Assembly (NCBI GenBank): GCA_027008775.1
Contig: JALVDV010000001.1
Coordinates: 3,889-67,888 of the forward strand
Direction of reading: 5' to 3'
Length of the DNA stretch: 64,000 nucleotides
Origin: Candidatus Moraniibacteriota bacterium
GTDB taxonomy: Bacteria > Patescibacteriota > Minisyncoccia > Moranbacterales > DUUL01
Shown: positions 39,160 through 49,599 of the stretch, in pieces
How the letters are laid out: every line of letters starts with the position of its first letter
How positions within the stretch are numbered: position 1 is the stretch's first letter
Position numbers and translations under genes: made by a program
Notes under the pieces: model-generated
The model's database searches: none
The model's input: the letters and a program-made list of their open reading frames with translations, nothing else
Told to the model about the DNA's origin: nothing

Positions 39160-40893
39160 ATGAAGAAAAAATGGTCATTGAAAAACAGCCGAAAAATTAG
39201 CGAAAGAATTTTCCCAGAATTGGAGAGGGCTACAGAGAAATTGCTCGTAAAAAAGGGAATAAATAACCGACAAAAGCAACAAGAATTTCTTTATCCCGAT
39301 TATGAGCGCGATCTTCACAATCCTCGTTTGCTCGGCGATATGGATAAAGCTGTCCGGCGTATTCTACAGGCCCGTAAACGCAAAGAGAAAGTTTGCATTT
39401 TTGGCGACTATGATGTTGACGGCATCACTTCCGCCAGCATCTTGTTTGATTTTTTTCAGCAAATCGGACTGGAGAGTTTTGTTTATTTGCCGGACCGCAA
39501 CAAAGAGGGTTATGGTCTTAATAAGCAAGCTATTGATTATATCAAACAAAAGGGGGCCAGTCTGATCATTACCGTTGATTCCGGTATAACCAGCTTGGAC
39601 GAGGTAAAATACGCGCAGAAAAAAGGTTTGGAAACTATCATAACAGACCACCATTTGCCTCTGGAAAAAATACCTTCAGCTCTGGCTGTTATTAATCCCA
39701 AAAAGAAAAAAGATCCTTATCCGGAAAAAATGCTGGCCGGCGTTGGTGTTGCTTTTAAGTTGATTCAGGCTCTGGCTACTGAAATAAAAGACTATAATCA
39801 AGAACAATTAAAATGGTTGTTGGACTTAGTGGCGTTAGGCAGTGTGGCCGACTGCGTGCCCCTACTCGGGGAAAATCGCACCCTTACCAAATTCGGTTTA
39901 ATAGTTTTGGCTAAGACCAGACGGACAGGCCTGAAACAACTTTTTCAAGTGGGAAGAATAAATATCGGCGCAGACAACCTACCCACTGGCGAACAGATCA
40001 GTTACCAAATCGCGCCCCGGTTGAACGCCGCCGGCCGAATGGATCATGCCAGCCTGGCCTATGAATTATTGAAATGTTCGGCAAAAGAAAGCGCGCGCGC
40101 TCGCCTGTTGGCTTTGGAAATTGAAGAACAGAATCAACAGCGACAGAAAACCACCAGCGCTATCATCAAAGAAATTGAAAATAAGCTTGATAAAAATAAT
40201 TTACCAGCGGTTATCATTGACAGCTCGCCTCATTGGTCATTAGGCGTTGTCGGCCTGGTAGCCGGTCGCTTGGCGGAAAAATATCACCGACCGGTTATTC
40301 TTTTCCAAGAACAAAATGAATACCTCAAAGGCTCCTGTCGTTCCGTCTCCGGTTTTAACCTGGTGGAAAATCTAAAACAATTAGCTCATCTGTTGGAAAA
40401 ATTCGGAGGTCACGCCCAAGCAGCCGGCCTGACGATCCTCAGGGAGAATTTACCGACTTTTCGTCAAAAATTCGCTAAAATAGTCAGTCAAGCCAACCTT
40501 TCTTTAACGGAAAAAGAAGTAATTATTGATGAAGAGTTAGCTCTTTCCGAAATAAACGAAAAGCTTCTGAAAGAGTTGTCGCTTTTTGAACCGTTTGGCA
40601 TCGGCAACGAAAAACCTCTCTTTCTTTCCCACAAAGTTAAAATTGAGCAAATCAAATATTTAGGAAAACAAGAACAACATTTAAAAATTTGGGTTAGTCA
40701 AAATAATAAGCAGCAACAAATTCTACCTTTAATTATGTTTAATTTTTCCGAACAGCTACCTAGCCAAGAAATCAACAGCTTAAAGCCGGGAGAGAAAATT
40801 GACATTGTCTATGCTTTGCAAAAGAACTTTTGGAATGGACAAGTAAGCATTGAAGGGCAGTTAGTTGATTTGCGTAAAGCGAATAATAAGTGA
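39160..40893 (+). CDS. recJ: Single-stranded DNA exonuclease RecJ (ATG 39160)
   Basis: GDYDVDG, TDHH, PRLNAAGR, GGHAQAAG, EPFG.GN. Confidence 0.96.
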   Translation: MKKKWSLKNSRKISERIFPELERATEKLLVKKGINNRQKQQEFLYPDYERDLHNPRLLGDMDKAVRRILQARKRKEKVCIFGDYDVDGITSASILFDFFQQIGLESFVYLPDRNKEGYGLNKQAIDYIKQKGASLIITVDSGITSLDEVKYAQKKGLETIITDHHLPLEKIPSALAVINPKKKKDPYPEKMLAGVGVAFKLIQALATEIKDYNQEQLKWLLDLVALGSVADCVPLLGENRTLTKFGLIVLAKTRRTGLKQLFQVGRINIGADNLPTGEQISYQIAPRLNAAGRMDHASLAYELLKCSAKESARARLLALEIEEQNQQRQKTTSAIIKEIENKLDKNNLPAVIIDSSPHWSLGVVGLVAGRLAEKYHRPVILFQEQNEYLKGSCRSVSGFNLVENLKQLAHLLEKFGGHAQAAGLTILRENLPTFRQKFAKIVSQANLSLTEKEVIIDEELALSEINEKLLKELSLFEPFGIGNEKPLFLSHKVKIEQIKYLGKQEQHLKIWVSQNNKQQQILPLIMFNFSEQLPSQEINSLKPGEKIDIVYALQKNFWNGQVSIEGQLVDLRKANNK

Positions 40894-40912
40894 GTTATCA
40901 ACAGTTTTTTGT

Positions 40913-40997
40913 TTGACAAAAATTTTTTTCCGAGTACACTAAAGGGTGTTAAAATATCTAGTGGGGGAAACATTAGTCAAACCACTAGATATTGTGT
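40913..40997 (+). promoter_or_regulatory. Promoter plus tandem NrdR boxes
   Basis: TTGACA-16-TACACT (40913-40940); TTAAAATATCTAGTGG (40949-40964) and CCACTAGATATTGTGT (40982-40997) resemble the NrdR consensus ACACWATATATWGTGT. Confidence 0.78.
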
Positions 40998-41019
40998 TTT
41001 ATAGCTAAAAATTGTTAAA

Positions 41020-41460
41020 ATGCTTTGTCCCTACTGCGACTATCCGGAAACAAAAGTTTTGGATTCTCGCAAATTGCAAAATGGTCGGGTCATCAGACGG
41101 CGTCGGGAGTGCCTGCATTGCCGGCAACGTTTTTCCACCAAAGAAAGCATTCAAATTCTCCAGCTGACCGTTATTAAGAGAAACGGGGACAAAGAAGAGT
41201 ATCGTCCGGAAAAAATAAAACAAAGTTTATCCATTGCCACTAACAAAAGACTGAAAAAACATCAGTTGGATGATCTAATCAGGAAGGTGGAGGGAGAGAT
41301 TTTTGCTAAGGGCAAAAAACAAATTGAAAGTAAAAAAATTGGCGAAATTATTTTGCGTCGTTTGCAAAAAATGGATGAGGTCTCCTATCTGCGCTACGCT
41401 TCGGTTTTTAAATCTTTCGGTAGTGGACGCCGATTTGTCAAAGAGGTTGGCAAAATCTGA
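41020..41460 (+). CDS. nrdR: Transcriptional repressor NrdR
   Basis: CPYC..TKVLDSR..IRRRRECxxC..RFST; ATP cone; DEVSYLRYASV. Confidence 0.96.
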   Translation: MLCPYCDYPETKVLDSRKLQNGRVIRRRRECLHCRQRFSTKESIQILQLTVIKRNGDKEEYRPEKIKQSLSIATNKRLKKHQLDDLIRKVEGEIFAKGKKQIESKKIGEIILRRLQKMDEVSYLRYASVFKSFGSGRRFVKEVGKI

Positions 41461-41519
41461 TGATTGACGATTTCTTAAATAAACAAAAGGTAAAAAATAA
41501 AGTTTTTACACAAACAAAA

Positions 41520-43595
41520 ATGAAAAAAGACAACCCAAAGAAAAGACAGCGAGTGATTAGTAAACACAAAAACATCACTAAACGCAACGGGGATGTAGTC
41601 CCTTTTCGTCAGGGAAAAATCACCGAAGCGGTTTACAAAGCCTTCAAAGAAACGGGAGAGGGCGGCATCAAAGAAGCCCGTCGGGTTTCTCAAAGAGTTG
41701 TTCGCTTGCTCAATCAGAATTTTAAAAACGAATTGCCCAGCGTGGAAGAAATCCAAGATCGGGTGGAAAAAGCTCTGATTAAGATGGGATTTGCCGAGAC
41801 AGCCAAAGCCTATATTCTTTACCGAGAAAACCGCCGCAAAATCAGAGACACGGAAGCCTCCTTGAAAGACGCTGTCGCTTTGGTGAACAACTATCTTAGC
41901 GAGGCCGACTGGCAAGTTAAAGAAAATTCCAATATGGCCTATTCTTTGCAAGGTCTCAACAATTACATTTCCTCCATCGTCAGCGGCAAATATTGGATGG
42001 ATCAAGTTTATAATAAAAAAATAAAAAGAGCTCACGAAGAGGGCGATCTTCATATTCATGATTTGGATAAAATCTCCGCCTACTGTTGCGGTTGGGACTT
42101 GCAAGATCTTCTAACTCGCGGTTTCACCGGTGTCCCCGGCAAAATTTCCTGCGCTCCACCCAAACATTTTAAAACCGCCTTGGGACAAATAGTTAACTTT
42201 TTCTACACCACCCAGGGGGAAGCGGCCGGCGCCCAAGCTTTTTCCAATTTTGACACTTTGTTGGCTCCCTTTATCGCCTACGACAAACTGAACTACAAAG
42301 AAGTTAAACAGGCTATGCAGGAATTTATCTACAATCTCAACGTTCCCACCCGTGTCGGCTTTCAAACTCCCTTTACTAACTTGACCATGGATTTACAGGT
42401 GCCAAAGAACTATCGCGAGCAAAACGTTATTGTCGGCGGAGAAGTTAAATCCAAAAAATACAAAGATTTCCAAAAGGAAATGAATATGTTAAACAAAGCA
42501 TTTTTGGAGGTTATGAGCGAAGGTGACGCCAGTGGACGAGTTTTCACTTTTCCCATTCCCACTTACAACATAGACAAAGATTTTAATTGGGACGACAAGG
42601 AGTTAGATCCCCTTTGGGAAATGACTGCCAAATACGGCATTCCTTATTTTGCCAACTTCGTTAACTCCGATATGAATCCCGATGATGCCCGCAGTATGTG
42701 TTGTCGGCTTAGATTGGATAACCGTGAACTTCACAAGCGAATGGGGGGATTGTTTGGCGCCGCCCCTTTGACCGGCTCCATCGGTGTAGTAACTATTAAC
42801 CTACCTCGCATCGGTTATCTGGCCCGTAACAAAAAAGATTATTTTCAAAGACTGGATAAGTTAATGGACATAGCCAAGGAAAGTTTGGAAATCAAAAGAG
42901 AAGTAGTGGAAAATCTTACTCGCAAAGGACTTTATCCCTACTCTCGTTTCTATATGGATACCATCTTCAAAAAAAGAGGCGCCTACTGGGCTAATCATTT
43001 CTCCACTATCGGCCTAATCGGTATGAATGAAAGTATCCTGAACTTTATGGGAGAAACCACCGCCAGCAAAAAAGGTGTAGCTTTTGCCGAGGAAGTTTTG
43101 GAACATATGCGTGACAAAATGATTGAATACCAAGAAGAAACCGGCAATCTTTATAATCTGGAAGCCACTCCCGGAGAAGGAACTTCCTATCGTCTGGCCC
43201 TCAAAGATCAAAAACGCTTTCCTCGCATTGTTTTTGCCAATCAAGAAGCAGTGGAAAAAGAAGGAGCCGCCCCTTATTACACCAATTCCTCCCAATTACC
43301 GGTCGGTTTCACCGATGATATTTTTGAAGCCTTGGATTTACAAGACAATTTGCAAACAAAATACACTGGGGGAACGGTTTTGCACGGTTTTTTGGGAGAA
43401 AGAATCAACGATCCGCAAATTGCCAAAGAACTGGTTAAAAAAATTACCACCAACTATCGCCTGCCTTACTTCACCCTGACCCCCACCTTCAGTATTTGTC
43501 CCATCCATGGCTACTTAGAGGGAGAGCACAAGGTTTGCCCCAAATGTGTAGCCGAAGCGGAACGAGTTAAACCGCAAAAAATTACCATAGAATGA
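41520..43595 (+). CDS. nrdD: Class III (anaerobic) ribonucleoside-triphosphate reductase large subunit, lacking the C-terminal glycyl-radical motif
   Basis: ATP cone (ITKRNG), HIHDL, SMCCRL, EATPGEGTSYRLA, CPIHG..CPKC; ends without R..GY. Confidence 0.9.
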   Translation: MKKDNPKKRQRVISKHKNITKRNGDVVPFRQGKITEAVYKAFKETGEGGIKEARRVSQRVVRLLNQNFKNELPSVEEIQDRVEKALIKMGFAETAKAYILYRENRRKIRDTEASLKDAVALVNNYLSEADWQVKENSNMAYSLQGLNNYISSIVSGKYWMDQVYNKKIKRAHEEGDLHIHDLDKISAYCCGWDLQDLLTRGFTGVPGKISCAPPKHFKTALGQIVNFFYTTQGEAAGAQAFSNFDTLLAPFIAYDKLNYKEVKQAMQEFIYNLNVPTRVGFQTPFTNLTMDLQVPKNYREQNVIVGGEVKSKKYKDFQKEMNMLNKAFLEVMSEGDASGRVFTFPIPTYNIDKDFNWDDKELDPLWEMTAKYGIPYFANFVNSDMNPDDARSMCCRLRLDNRELHKRMGGLFGAAPLTGSIGVVTINLPRIGYLARNKKDYFQRLDKLMDIAKESLEIKREVVENLTRKGLYPYSRFYMDTIFKKRGAYWANHFSTIGLIGMNESILNFMGETTASKKGVAFAEEVLEHMRDKMIEYQEETGNLYNLEATPGEGTSYRLALKDQKRFPRIVFANQEAVEKEGAAPYYTNSSQLPVGFTDDIFEALDLQDNLQTKYTGGTVLHGFLGERINDPQIAKELVKKITTNYRLPYFTLTPTFSICPIHGYLEGEHKVCPKCVAEAERVKPQKITIE

Positions 43596-43667
43596 TTTCT
43601 AAGGGAAATCGCCTTTTCTCAAACAAGAAATAAAATTTAAAAAAATAATAATTAAAAACAAAAAAAA

Positions 43668-43949
43668 ATGAAAACCAAACAAAAAATTGTTTGTCACGAC
43701 TGCGGACGAGAATTGAAAGAAGGAGAAGAAGCGGTTATTTACAATTTGGAGGAAAAGGGGACTTTCTACAAATGCGCTGACTGTTACGCTAAAAATGAAA
43801 ATCTGACCAACTTTCAACCTTGTGAAGTCTACTCTCGCATTGTCGGCTACATTCGCCCCATAGATCAATGGAATGAAGGTAAACGAGCCGAATACGCCGA
43901 TCGCCAAGAATTTGTCGCCAATGTTGAAGGTTGTCGCACCGGTTGTTAA
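43668..43949 (+). CDS. Stand-alone NrdD glycyl-radical domain protein
   Basis: CxxC..CxxC, then CEVYSRIVGYIRP..WNEGK.AE..DR. Confidence 0.88.
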   Translation: MKTKQKIVCHDCGRELKEGEEAVIYNLEEKGTFYKCADCYAKNENLTNFQPCEVYSRIVGYIRPIDQWNEGKRAEYADRQEFVANVEGCRTGC

Positions 43950-43980
43950 AAAGAATTAGGCACCAGATATATTTTCCCAT

Positions 43981-44009
43981 AACAAAAGACGGCTAAGCCG
44001 TTTTTTGTT
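43981..44009 (+). terminator. Intrinsic terminator of the nrd operon
   Basis: AACAAAAGACGGC-TAA-GCCGTTTTTTGTT. Confidence 0.7.
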
Positions 44010-44108
44010 GCATTAAAGCTGTCTCGCAAAAAAATAAGAATTTGTCTATTTCTTCCTAAAGTGTTAGAATGTAGAAGCTTAAGTTTAAAAAATAAAAAAA
44101 CAAAAACC

Positions 44109-45431
44109 ATGAATGATTTCCTAAAAAAAATTTCTCTTCCCTTTATTTTTTTATTAACCCTGTCTCTTTTTCTTGTCGCTTCACCAAATAACAAAACTGT
44201 CCTGGCCGTTAGTGTTGGCGAGAAAGAAGCAGTGCAAAAATTTATTAAAGAAAACAGCAAAGACCTTTTTAATTTACCATCTGACAAAGTTAAAATAAAA
44301 GACATCCAAGATGATAATGGTCTCCTAAAAGTCACCTTGGATTTAAACGGCGAAGAGCAAACATTCTATCTAACCAAGTCCCTGAAAATTGTTTCTCAGT
44401 TTATTGATTTGGCCAAAATCAGCAAGGGTAAGCTAAAACAAATCGGTCAAAGCAATGGTCAAAAACAAATAACTATCAACGAAGAAACCAAAAAACAAAT
44501 CAAAAACTTTATTGAAAAATATTTACTCTCTCAAAAAGTTCCCGTAGAAATAAAAAGCGTCACCGTCAAAGATGGTCTTTATTATTTAGACATTTCTTTA
44601 GCCGGACAATCTCAGCCGTTATATCTTAGTCTCAACGGACGCAAGTTGGCCTTTGGTGTCATTACTCTGGATGAATACAAAAAAATTGTAGCCGCCAATA
44701 AAAAACAAACAGCGGTCAGTCCCGAAAAAAAGACCGACAGACCGAAGGTTGAACTGTTTGTTATGAGTTACTGTCCCTACGGCACTCAAATAGAAAAGGG
44801 AATTTTGCCGGTCTTAGATTTACTCAAGGGGAAAATAGACGCCCAAATTAAATTTGTTGATTACGCTATGCATGGCAAAAAGGAGCTAGATGAAAATCTT
44901 AGACAGCACTGCTTGCAGAAACAATCCCCGGAAAAATTCACCGACTATCTGAAGTGTTTTTTGGAAGAGGGTAATGCTAAAAAGTGTTTAGCGGAAATTA
45001 AACTAAATGAAAAAGATAAAACTCCCACTTCCTGGTTCCAAAAAGTAATTAATTGGTTTAAATCTCTTTTCCATCTTGGTAAATCGGAAAATGGACAAGC
45101 CGAATTGGAGCAATGTATCCGGGAGACTGACAAACAATTTACCGTCAGCAAAGATTACAATGACAAAAGCACTTGGAACGGACGTTTTCCCGGTTTTAAA
45201 ATAGATCGAGAGGATAATAAAAAGTATAACGTTCAGGGTTCACCCACCTTAATTATCAACGGCGAAAGAATAACCACCGGTCGCGATCCTCAAAGCCTCC
45301 TTAAAGCTATTTGTAGCGGCTTTAAAAATCCTCCCAAAGAATGTCAAACTAAACTTTCCAATCAAACTCCCAGTCCCGGCTTTGGTAATCAAGCCGCCAC
45401 TGCCGGCAGTGGCGGAGGTTGCGGACAGTAA
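44109..45431 (+). CDS. Exported thioredoxin-fold (DsbA-like) protein with duplicated N-terminal domain
   Basis: Signal peptide; two similar segments (K.FI.....V.IK.....GL....L.GE.Q..YL); VELFVMSYCPYG; VQGSPTLIING. Confidence 0.7.
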   Translation: MNDFLKKISLPFIFLLTLSLFLVASPNNKTVLAVSVGEKEAVQKFIKENSKDLFNLPSDKVKIKDIQDDNGLLKVTLDLNGEEQTFYLTKSLKIVSQFIDLAKISKGKLKQIGQSNGQKQITINEETKKQIKNFIEKYLLSQKVPVEIKSVTVKDGLYYLDISLAGQSQPLYLSLNGRKLAFGVITLDEYKKIVAANKKQTAVSPEKKTDRPKVELFVMSYCPYGTQIEKGILPVLDLLKGKIDAQIKFVDYAMHGKKELDENLRQHCLQKQSPEKFTDYLKCFLEEGNAKKCLAEIKLNEKDKTPTSWFQKVINWFKSLFHLGKSENGQAELEQCIRETDKQFTVSKDYNDKSTWNGRFPGFKIDREDNKKYNVQGSPTLIINGERITTGRDPQSLLKAICSGFKNPPKECQTKLSNQTPSPGFGNQAATAGSGGGCGQ

Positions 45432-45453
45432 CTCTTAGGAGTATTTCGACAAG

Positions 45454-45487
45454 ATAAAAACCTCGGTTTTGTAACCGAGGTTTTTAT
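45454..45487. terminator. Bidirectional terminator
   Basis: ATAAAAACCTCGGTT-TTGT-AACCGAGGTTTTTAT between convergent genes. Confidence 0.8.
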
Positions 45488-45494
45488 GTAAAAA

Positions 45495-46394
45495 TTATGA
45501 TTTTGCTTTCATCGCCCACTCAATAATCCGCCACCGCTTAGCCAAATCTCTATGAGCGACAATCTCCGCTTTCGGAAATGTCTTTGCGATTTCTCCTGTC
45601 AGGTTATCTTTTTGCTCCGGAGAAATTTCCCAAAAACAATAAATATTTCTTTTTCTCAACCAACCACTTTGTTCTCCGGCTTTTAGTTGCTTTAAAAGAC
45701 GACGATAATGATCCAAACCGTCCCGACCGGATAAAAGAGCTGATCTTGGTTCATATTTTTTCACCTTGGGAGCAGTGTTGTGATAAACAACTTCGCTCAA
45801 ATAGGGCAAATTGGCTAGCAAAAAAATGTTCGCTGAAGTTTTTGCTAAAATCGCCTCCAAAGGCTTTAGCAAATCTCCTTTTAAAAAATCCACCTCGGAA
45901 ACACCTAAGAGCGAAGCGTTTTTTCTGGCCATAGCCAAAGCTACCGGAGAAATATCGGTGGCCAAAAATTTTATATTATTCTCGGAACAAGAAATTCCTT
46001 GTTTTTTCAACATTTTAGCCAAAGAAATAACAATGTTCCCGGAACCGGTGCCAATATCCACTACTAGTAAATCTCTGAGCTGACGTAAAATTTTCTCACC
46101 CGCCAATTCTATCAAAATTTCCGTTTCCGGCCGGGGAATCAAAGTGCTTTCATCAACTTTAAAACGCTCGCCATAAAAATATCTTTCACCCATAATATAA
46201 TCCAAAGGTTTGCCCGCTAACAACTCCGACAACATTCTCTCCAAAGTGACAATCTCTTCTTTTTTCAGTAAGAGATTGTTACTTAAGACGATTTCTTCCG
46301 CCGATTTCCCTAAAACAAATTCCAACAACAAATCAAGTTCCCTGGCTTCTTTCAATTTTGGCAACCATCTTTTCTTAAACTCGCCAATTCTCAT
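45495..46394 (-). CDS. prmC: Release factor glutamine methyltransferase PrmC/HemK (ATG 46394)
   Basis: P..YI.G...FYG, LIPRPETE, DIGTGSG, ANLPY, EP..AL..G.DGL. Confidence 0.93.
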   Translation of the reverse strand: MRIGEFKKRWLPKLKEARELDLLLEFVLGKSAEEIVLSNNLLLKKEEIVTLERMLSELLAGKPLDYIMGERYFYGERFKVDESTLIPRPETEILIELAGEKILRQLRDLLVVDIGTGSGNIVISLAKMLKKQGISCSENNIKFLATDISPVALAMARKNASLLGVSEVDFLKGDLLKPLEAILAKTSANIFLLANLPYLSEVVYHNTAPKVKKYEPRSALLSGRDGLDHYRRLLKQLKAGEQSGWLRKRNIYCFWEISPEQKDNLTGEIAKTFPKAEIVAHRDLAKRWRIIEWAMKAKS

Positions 46395-46516
46395 AAATCC
46401 GAAAAACTTTATTACCATCATCAAACTAGCACCGTTTTCCCAAAAAATAAAGAGCTTCTTTACAGTTCAACCGGGCTGGTCTATAATCAAGACAACAATT
46501 ATCTTAAAAATAAAAA

Positions 46517-47602
46517 ATGAAGACAAAATATTTTCTAATCATTTTATTACTTGTCAGTCTTTCTTTTTCCGGCTGCAGTCCGAAAAAAAGCAAAAAAGTC
46601 TCAGGCAATGGTGGCGTTTACAAATCAATAGACGCTGGACACACTTTTGTTCCCATCAATAAAATCAATGCCGAAAAGAACATCTCCCGCTTTTCCGTTT
46701 TGGATATTGCCGTTGACAAAAATGACGCCAACCTTGTTTATATCGGCACGGATAAGAATGGTATTTATAAATCAAGTAATGGCGGAGAATCTTGGGCTAA
46801 GAGCCAAAATGGTTTTAGTCGCGTCTATCAGATAGAGCTGCATCCCTACAATAAAAACGTCATCTATATTATTGCCGATGACCAAAAGGGAGAAAGAGCT
46901 CTTTTCAAAACGGAAGATGGCGGTATCAACTGGCAAAGGCTTCTCACCCAAAGAAACAACCTGGTGCCTAAGATTTCCGCTCTGATCTTGGATGAGAATA
47001 ACCCGGAAATAGTTTATGCCGGAGACTCCACCGGCGGAGTTTACAAGTCAGTCAACGGGGGCAAAGAATGGCAAACACTGGCCTGGGCTAAGCAACCGAT
47101 TAGGTTCATCTTGGTGGATAAAAAAGATAACAATATTATTTATTACATCACCGGCGCCAACCAAGTTTTTGTTTCTACCAACCAAGGAAAAACTTTTAAC
47201 AATTCCAACCGAATGGCCAAAACAAGTTTCGGCGCAATTTATTACGCCACTGTCAGTCCGCAAGAAAAAGGAGTTCTCTACATTCTCTCCCGGCAAGGTT
47301 TGAAAGTCAGCAAGGATGCCGGTCAAAAATATGAATTGGTCAATACGCTCCTGCCCCCCGGAAAAACAACTGCTGATTACATTACCATTGACCCGCGCAA
47401 TCCCAACACCATTTACATCTTGGCCGGCAAAGTCCTCTACAAATCTCTCAATCGGGGGAAGGACTGGGAAGTCATTCCCTTGAAAATCAAGTGGTCTGTC
47501 GGCTCTTTTGTAGTCAGTGCAAGCAATCCGCAAATCATCTATATGGGCTTGGCCCATCCCATTGAAAAGGGTAGTTGGGGAAAGTTTTTGTTACCCTTCT
47601 AA
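46517..47602 (+). CDS. Lipoprotein with BNR/Asp-box beta-propeller (YCF48/sortilin-like)
   Basis: Lipobox FSGC; repeated YKS.xGG..W Asp-boxes. Confidence 0.8.
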   Translation: MKTKYFLIILLLVSLSFSGCSPKKSKKVSGNGGVYKSIDAGHTFVPINKINAEKNISRFSVLDIAVDKNDANLVYIGTDKNGIYKSSNGGESWAKSQNGFSRVYQIELHPYNKNVIYIIADDQKGERALFKTEDGGINWQRLLTQRNNLVPKISALILDENNPEIVYAGDSTGGVYKSVNGGKEWQTLAWAKQPIRFILVDKKDNNIIYYITGANQVFVSTNQGKTFNNSNRMAKTSFGAIYYATVSPQEKGVLYILSRQGLKVSKDAGQKYELVNTLLPPGKTTADYITIDPRNPNTIYILAGKVLYKSLNRGKDWEVIPLKIKWSVGSFVVSASNPQIIYMGLAHPIEKGSWGKFLLPF

Positions 47603-47668
47603 GCGGATACCTTCTTGACCTGGGCAACGATTTGTCTAATATTTATTTAAAATATTTAAGTAAAAAAT

Positions 47669-48211
47669 ATGCAAGAACTTGAAAAAAAATTGTCGGAAGT
47701 CATTGAAAAATTCCAAAACGAATTGAAAAACATTCGCACCGGACGCGCCAATCCAAAAGTGGTGGAAGATTTAATCATTGAATATTTTGGCGCGCCCACA
47801 CCCTTAAAACAGGCGGCCAATATTTCCGCTATTGATGCTCGCACTATCGTAATTTCTCCCTGGAGTAAGGATTCGTTGGTGGATATTGAGAAAGCAATCA
47901 ATGAGTCCGATTTGGGAATTACTCCGATTAACGACGGGGAGGTTATTCGCTTGACTTTTCCCGCTCTTACGGAAGAAAGACGCAAGGAAATAGCCAAACT
48001 TGTCGGACAAAAAGCGGAGGAAGCTCGCATAAAGATCAGACAAATTAGAGAGAAATATAAAGAAAGTATAGAAAAAGAGGAAAAAGAAGGTAAAATCGGC
48101 GAAGACGAAAAAATCAGACAAGAAAAAGAATTACAGAAAATCATTGACAAATATAATCAAAAAGTGGAAGAAATCCAGAAAGAAAAAGAAGAGGAAATAA
48201 TGACAGTCTAA
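47669..48211 (+). CDS. frr: Ribosome recycling factor
   Basis: IRTGRANP, P.LTEERR, EEAR..IR.IR. Confidence 0.97.
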   Translation: MQELEKKLSEVIEKFQNELKNIRTGRANPKVVEDLIIEYFGAPTPLKQAANISAIDARTIVISPWSKDSLVDIEKAINESDLGITPINDGEVIRLTFPALTEERRKEIAKLVGQKAEEARIKIRQIREKYKESIEKEEKEGKIGEDEKIRQEKELQKIIDKYNQKVEEIQKEKEEEIMTV

Positions 48212-48248
48212 CTGTCCAGTCTAATAAAAGATTATCTAGCTATAAAGA

Positions 48249-49400
48249 ATGACCATAGTTATATTTTTTTTGGTTTTAGGGATTCTGGTCCTGGCCCACG
48301 AATTGGGCCATTTTCTGGTAGCCAAAAGAAACGGGGTGGAAGTGGAAGAATTTGGTTTTGGCTTTCCTCCTCGTCTAGTTGGTACTTATAAGGACAAAAA
48401 AGGACAACGACGTTGGCTCTTCGGTAATAAAAAAATTAGTGAAGAAATTAAAAACAAAGAAGAAACCATTTATTCTATCAACCTTTTACCTTTTGGCGGG
48501 TTTGTAAAAATCACCGGCGAAAATGGGGAAGAGGAAACCAAGAATGACCCGCGCAGTTTCAGTAATCAACCCCTGTGGGTTAGGTTTAAAATCCTGGTAG
48601 CCGGAGTATTGATGAATTTTCTCCTGGCTATTGTTTTCTTCAGTCTTTCTTTCTGGTTGGGGGTCCCCAAGTTTATTACCGACAACAACGAACATCTTAA
48701 CTTTCCCGTTACAGTCATTATGGTTTCCCCCAAAAGCCCGGCCGCTCAAGCCGGTTTCCAAATCGGTGATAAAATCCTTGCTGTCATCAGCCCCAGTGGG
48801 GAAGAAATAAAGATAAAAAAAATAGAAGATTTTGTTAATTTCTCCAAAAAACATCGTGGTCAAACCGTCAAAGTAAAAGTCAAACACCCTCAGCAACAAG
48901 AAATTAAAACTTTAACAGTTAAAGAGGACAATCCCACTGATGAAGAAACGGGCGCAATCGGTGTAGCTTTGGCCAAAACCAAACTGATTCGTTACAACCC
49001 TTGGGAATCTCTCAAACTTGGTTTTCAGGAGACTGTCAGTATGACCGTCCTGATCCTGGTCTTCTTGGGCAAACTAATTGCCAGCCCTTTTACTCATCAA
49101 CATTTGGCCGGGGACATTACCGGCCCTATCGGTATTGCCAAAATGACCGGTCAAGCTGCCCGGGTGGGACTGTCTTTTCTGCTTCGCTTTGTTGCTATGC
49201 TCTCCGTTAACTTGGCTGTTATCAATCTCTTGCCTTTCCCCGGCTTGGATGGCGGAAGAATTCTTTTTCTGCTAATAGAAAAAATCAAAGGCAGCCCCCT
49301 CAATCAAAAACTGGAAGGGCGAATCAACACCATCGGTTTCATTATTTTACTTATCTTGATGATTGCCGTAATCATCAAAGATATCCATACTTTTTTCTGA
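48249..49400 (+). CDS. rseP: RIP metalloprotease RseP (M50 + PDZ)
   Basis: HELGH, PFGGFV, NLLPFPGLDGG, PDZ SPAAQAG. Confidence 0.95.
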   Translation: MTIVIFFLVLGILVLAHELGHFLVAKRNGVEVEEFGFGFPPRLVGTYKDKKGQRRWLFGNKKISEEIKNKEETIYSINLLPFGGFVKITGENGEEETKNDPRSFSNQPLWVRFKILVAGVLMNFLLAIVFFSLSFWLGVPKFITDNNEHLNFPVTVIMVSPKSPAAQAGFQIGDKILAVISPSGEEIKIKKIEDFVNFSKKHRGQTVKVKVKHPQQQEIKTLTVKEDNPTDEETGAIGVALAKTKLIRYNPWESLKLGFQETVSMTVLILVFLGKLIASPFTHQHLAGDITGPIGIAKMTGQAARVGLSFLLRFVAMLSVNLAVINLLPFPGLDGGRILFLLIEKIKGSPLNQKLEGRINTIGFIILLILMIAVIIKDIHTFF

Positions 49401-49527
49401 TTGTTGAATATTTTCGCTGATAATAACAAGAGTAAAAACCAAAAAAACAATTTTTTAATCTTTGTTGTTTTTTGCCCGTATTTGATTGACTTTCAAAATA
49501 TTATATAGTACGATTAGTCAGTCTTAA

Positions 49528-49599
49528 GGCCCGTTCGTCTAGTGGTTAGGACGCCGCCCTCTCACGGCGGTAACAGGGGTTCGACTCCCCTACGGGCTA
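49528..49599 (+). tRNA. tRNA-Glu (anticodon CTC), CCA not encoded
   Basis: Acceptor GGCCCGT/ACGGGCT, anticodon arm CCGCC-CTCTCAC-GGCGG, T arm AGGGG-TTCGACT-CCCCT; upstream TTGACT-17-TACGAT. Confidence 0.96.

Noticed and set aside
40895-40903. DnaA box (TTATCAACA) upstream of nrdR
   Set aside because: Single copy with one mismatch, expected by chance in AT-rich DNA; no box cluster indicating oriC
49528-49599. Prophage or island integrated at tRNA-Glu
   Set aside because: Flanked by housekeeping genes; no integrase and no second att copy noticed
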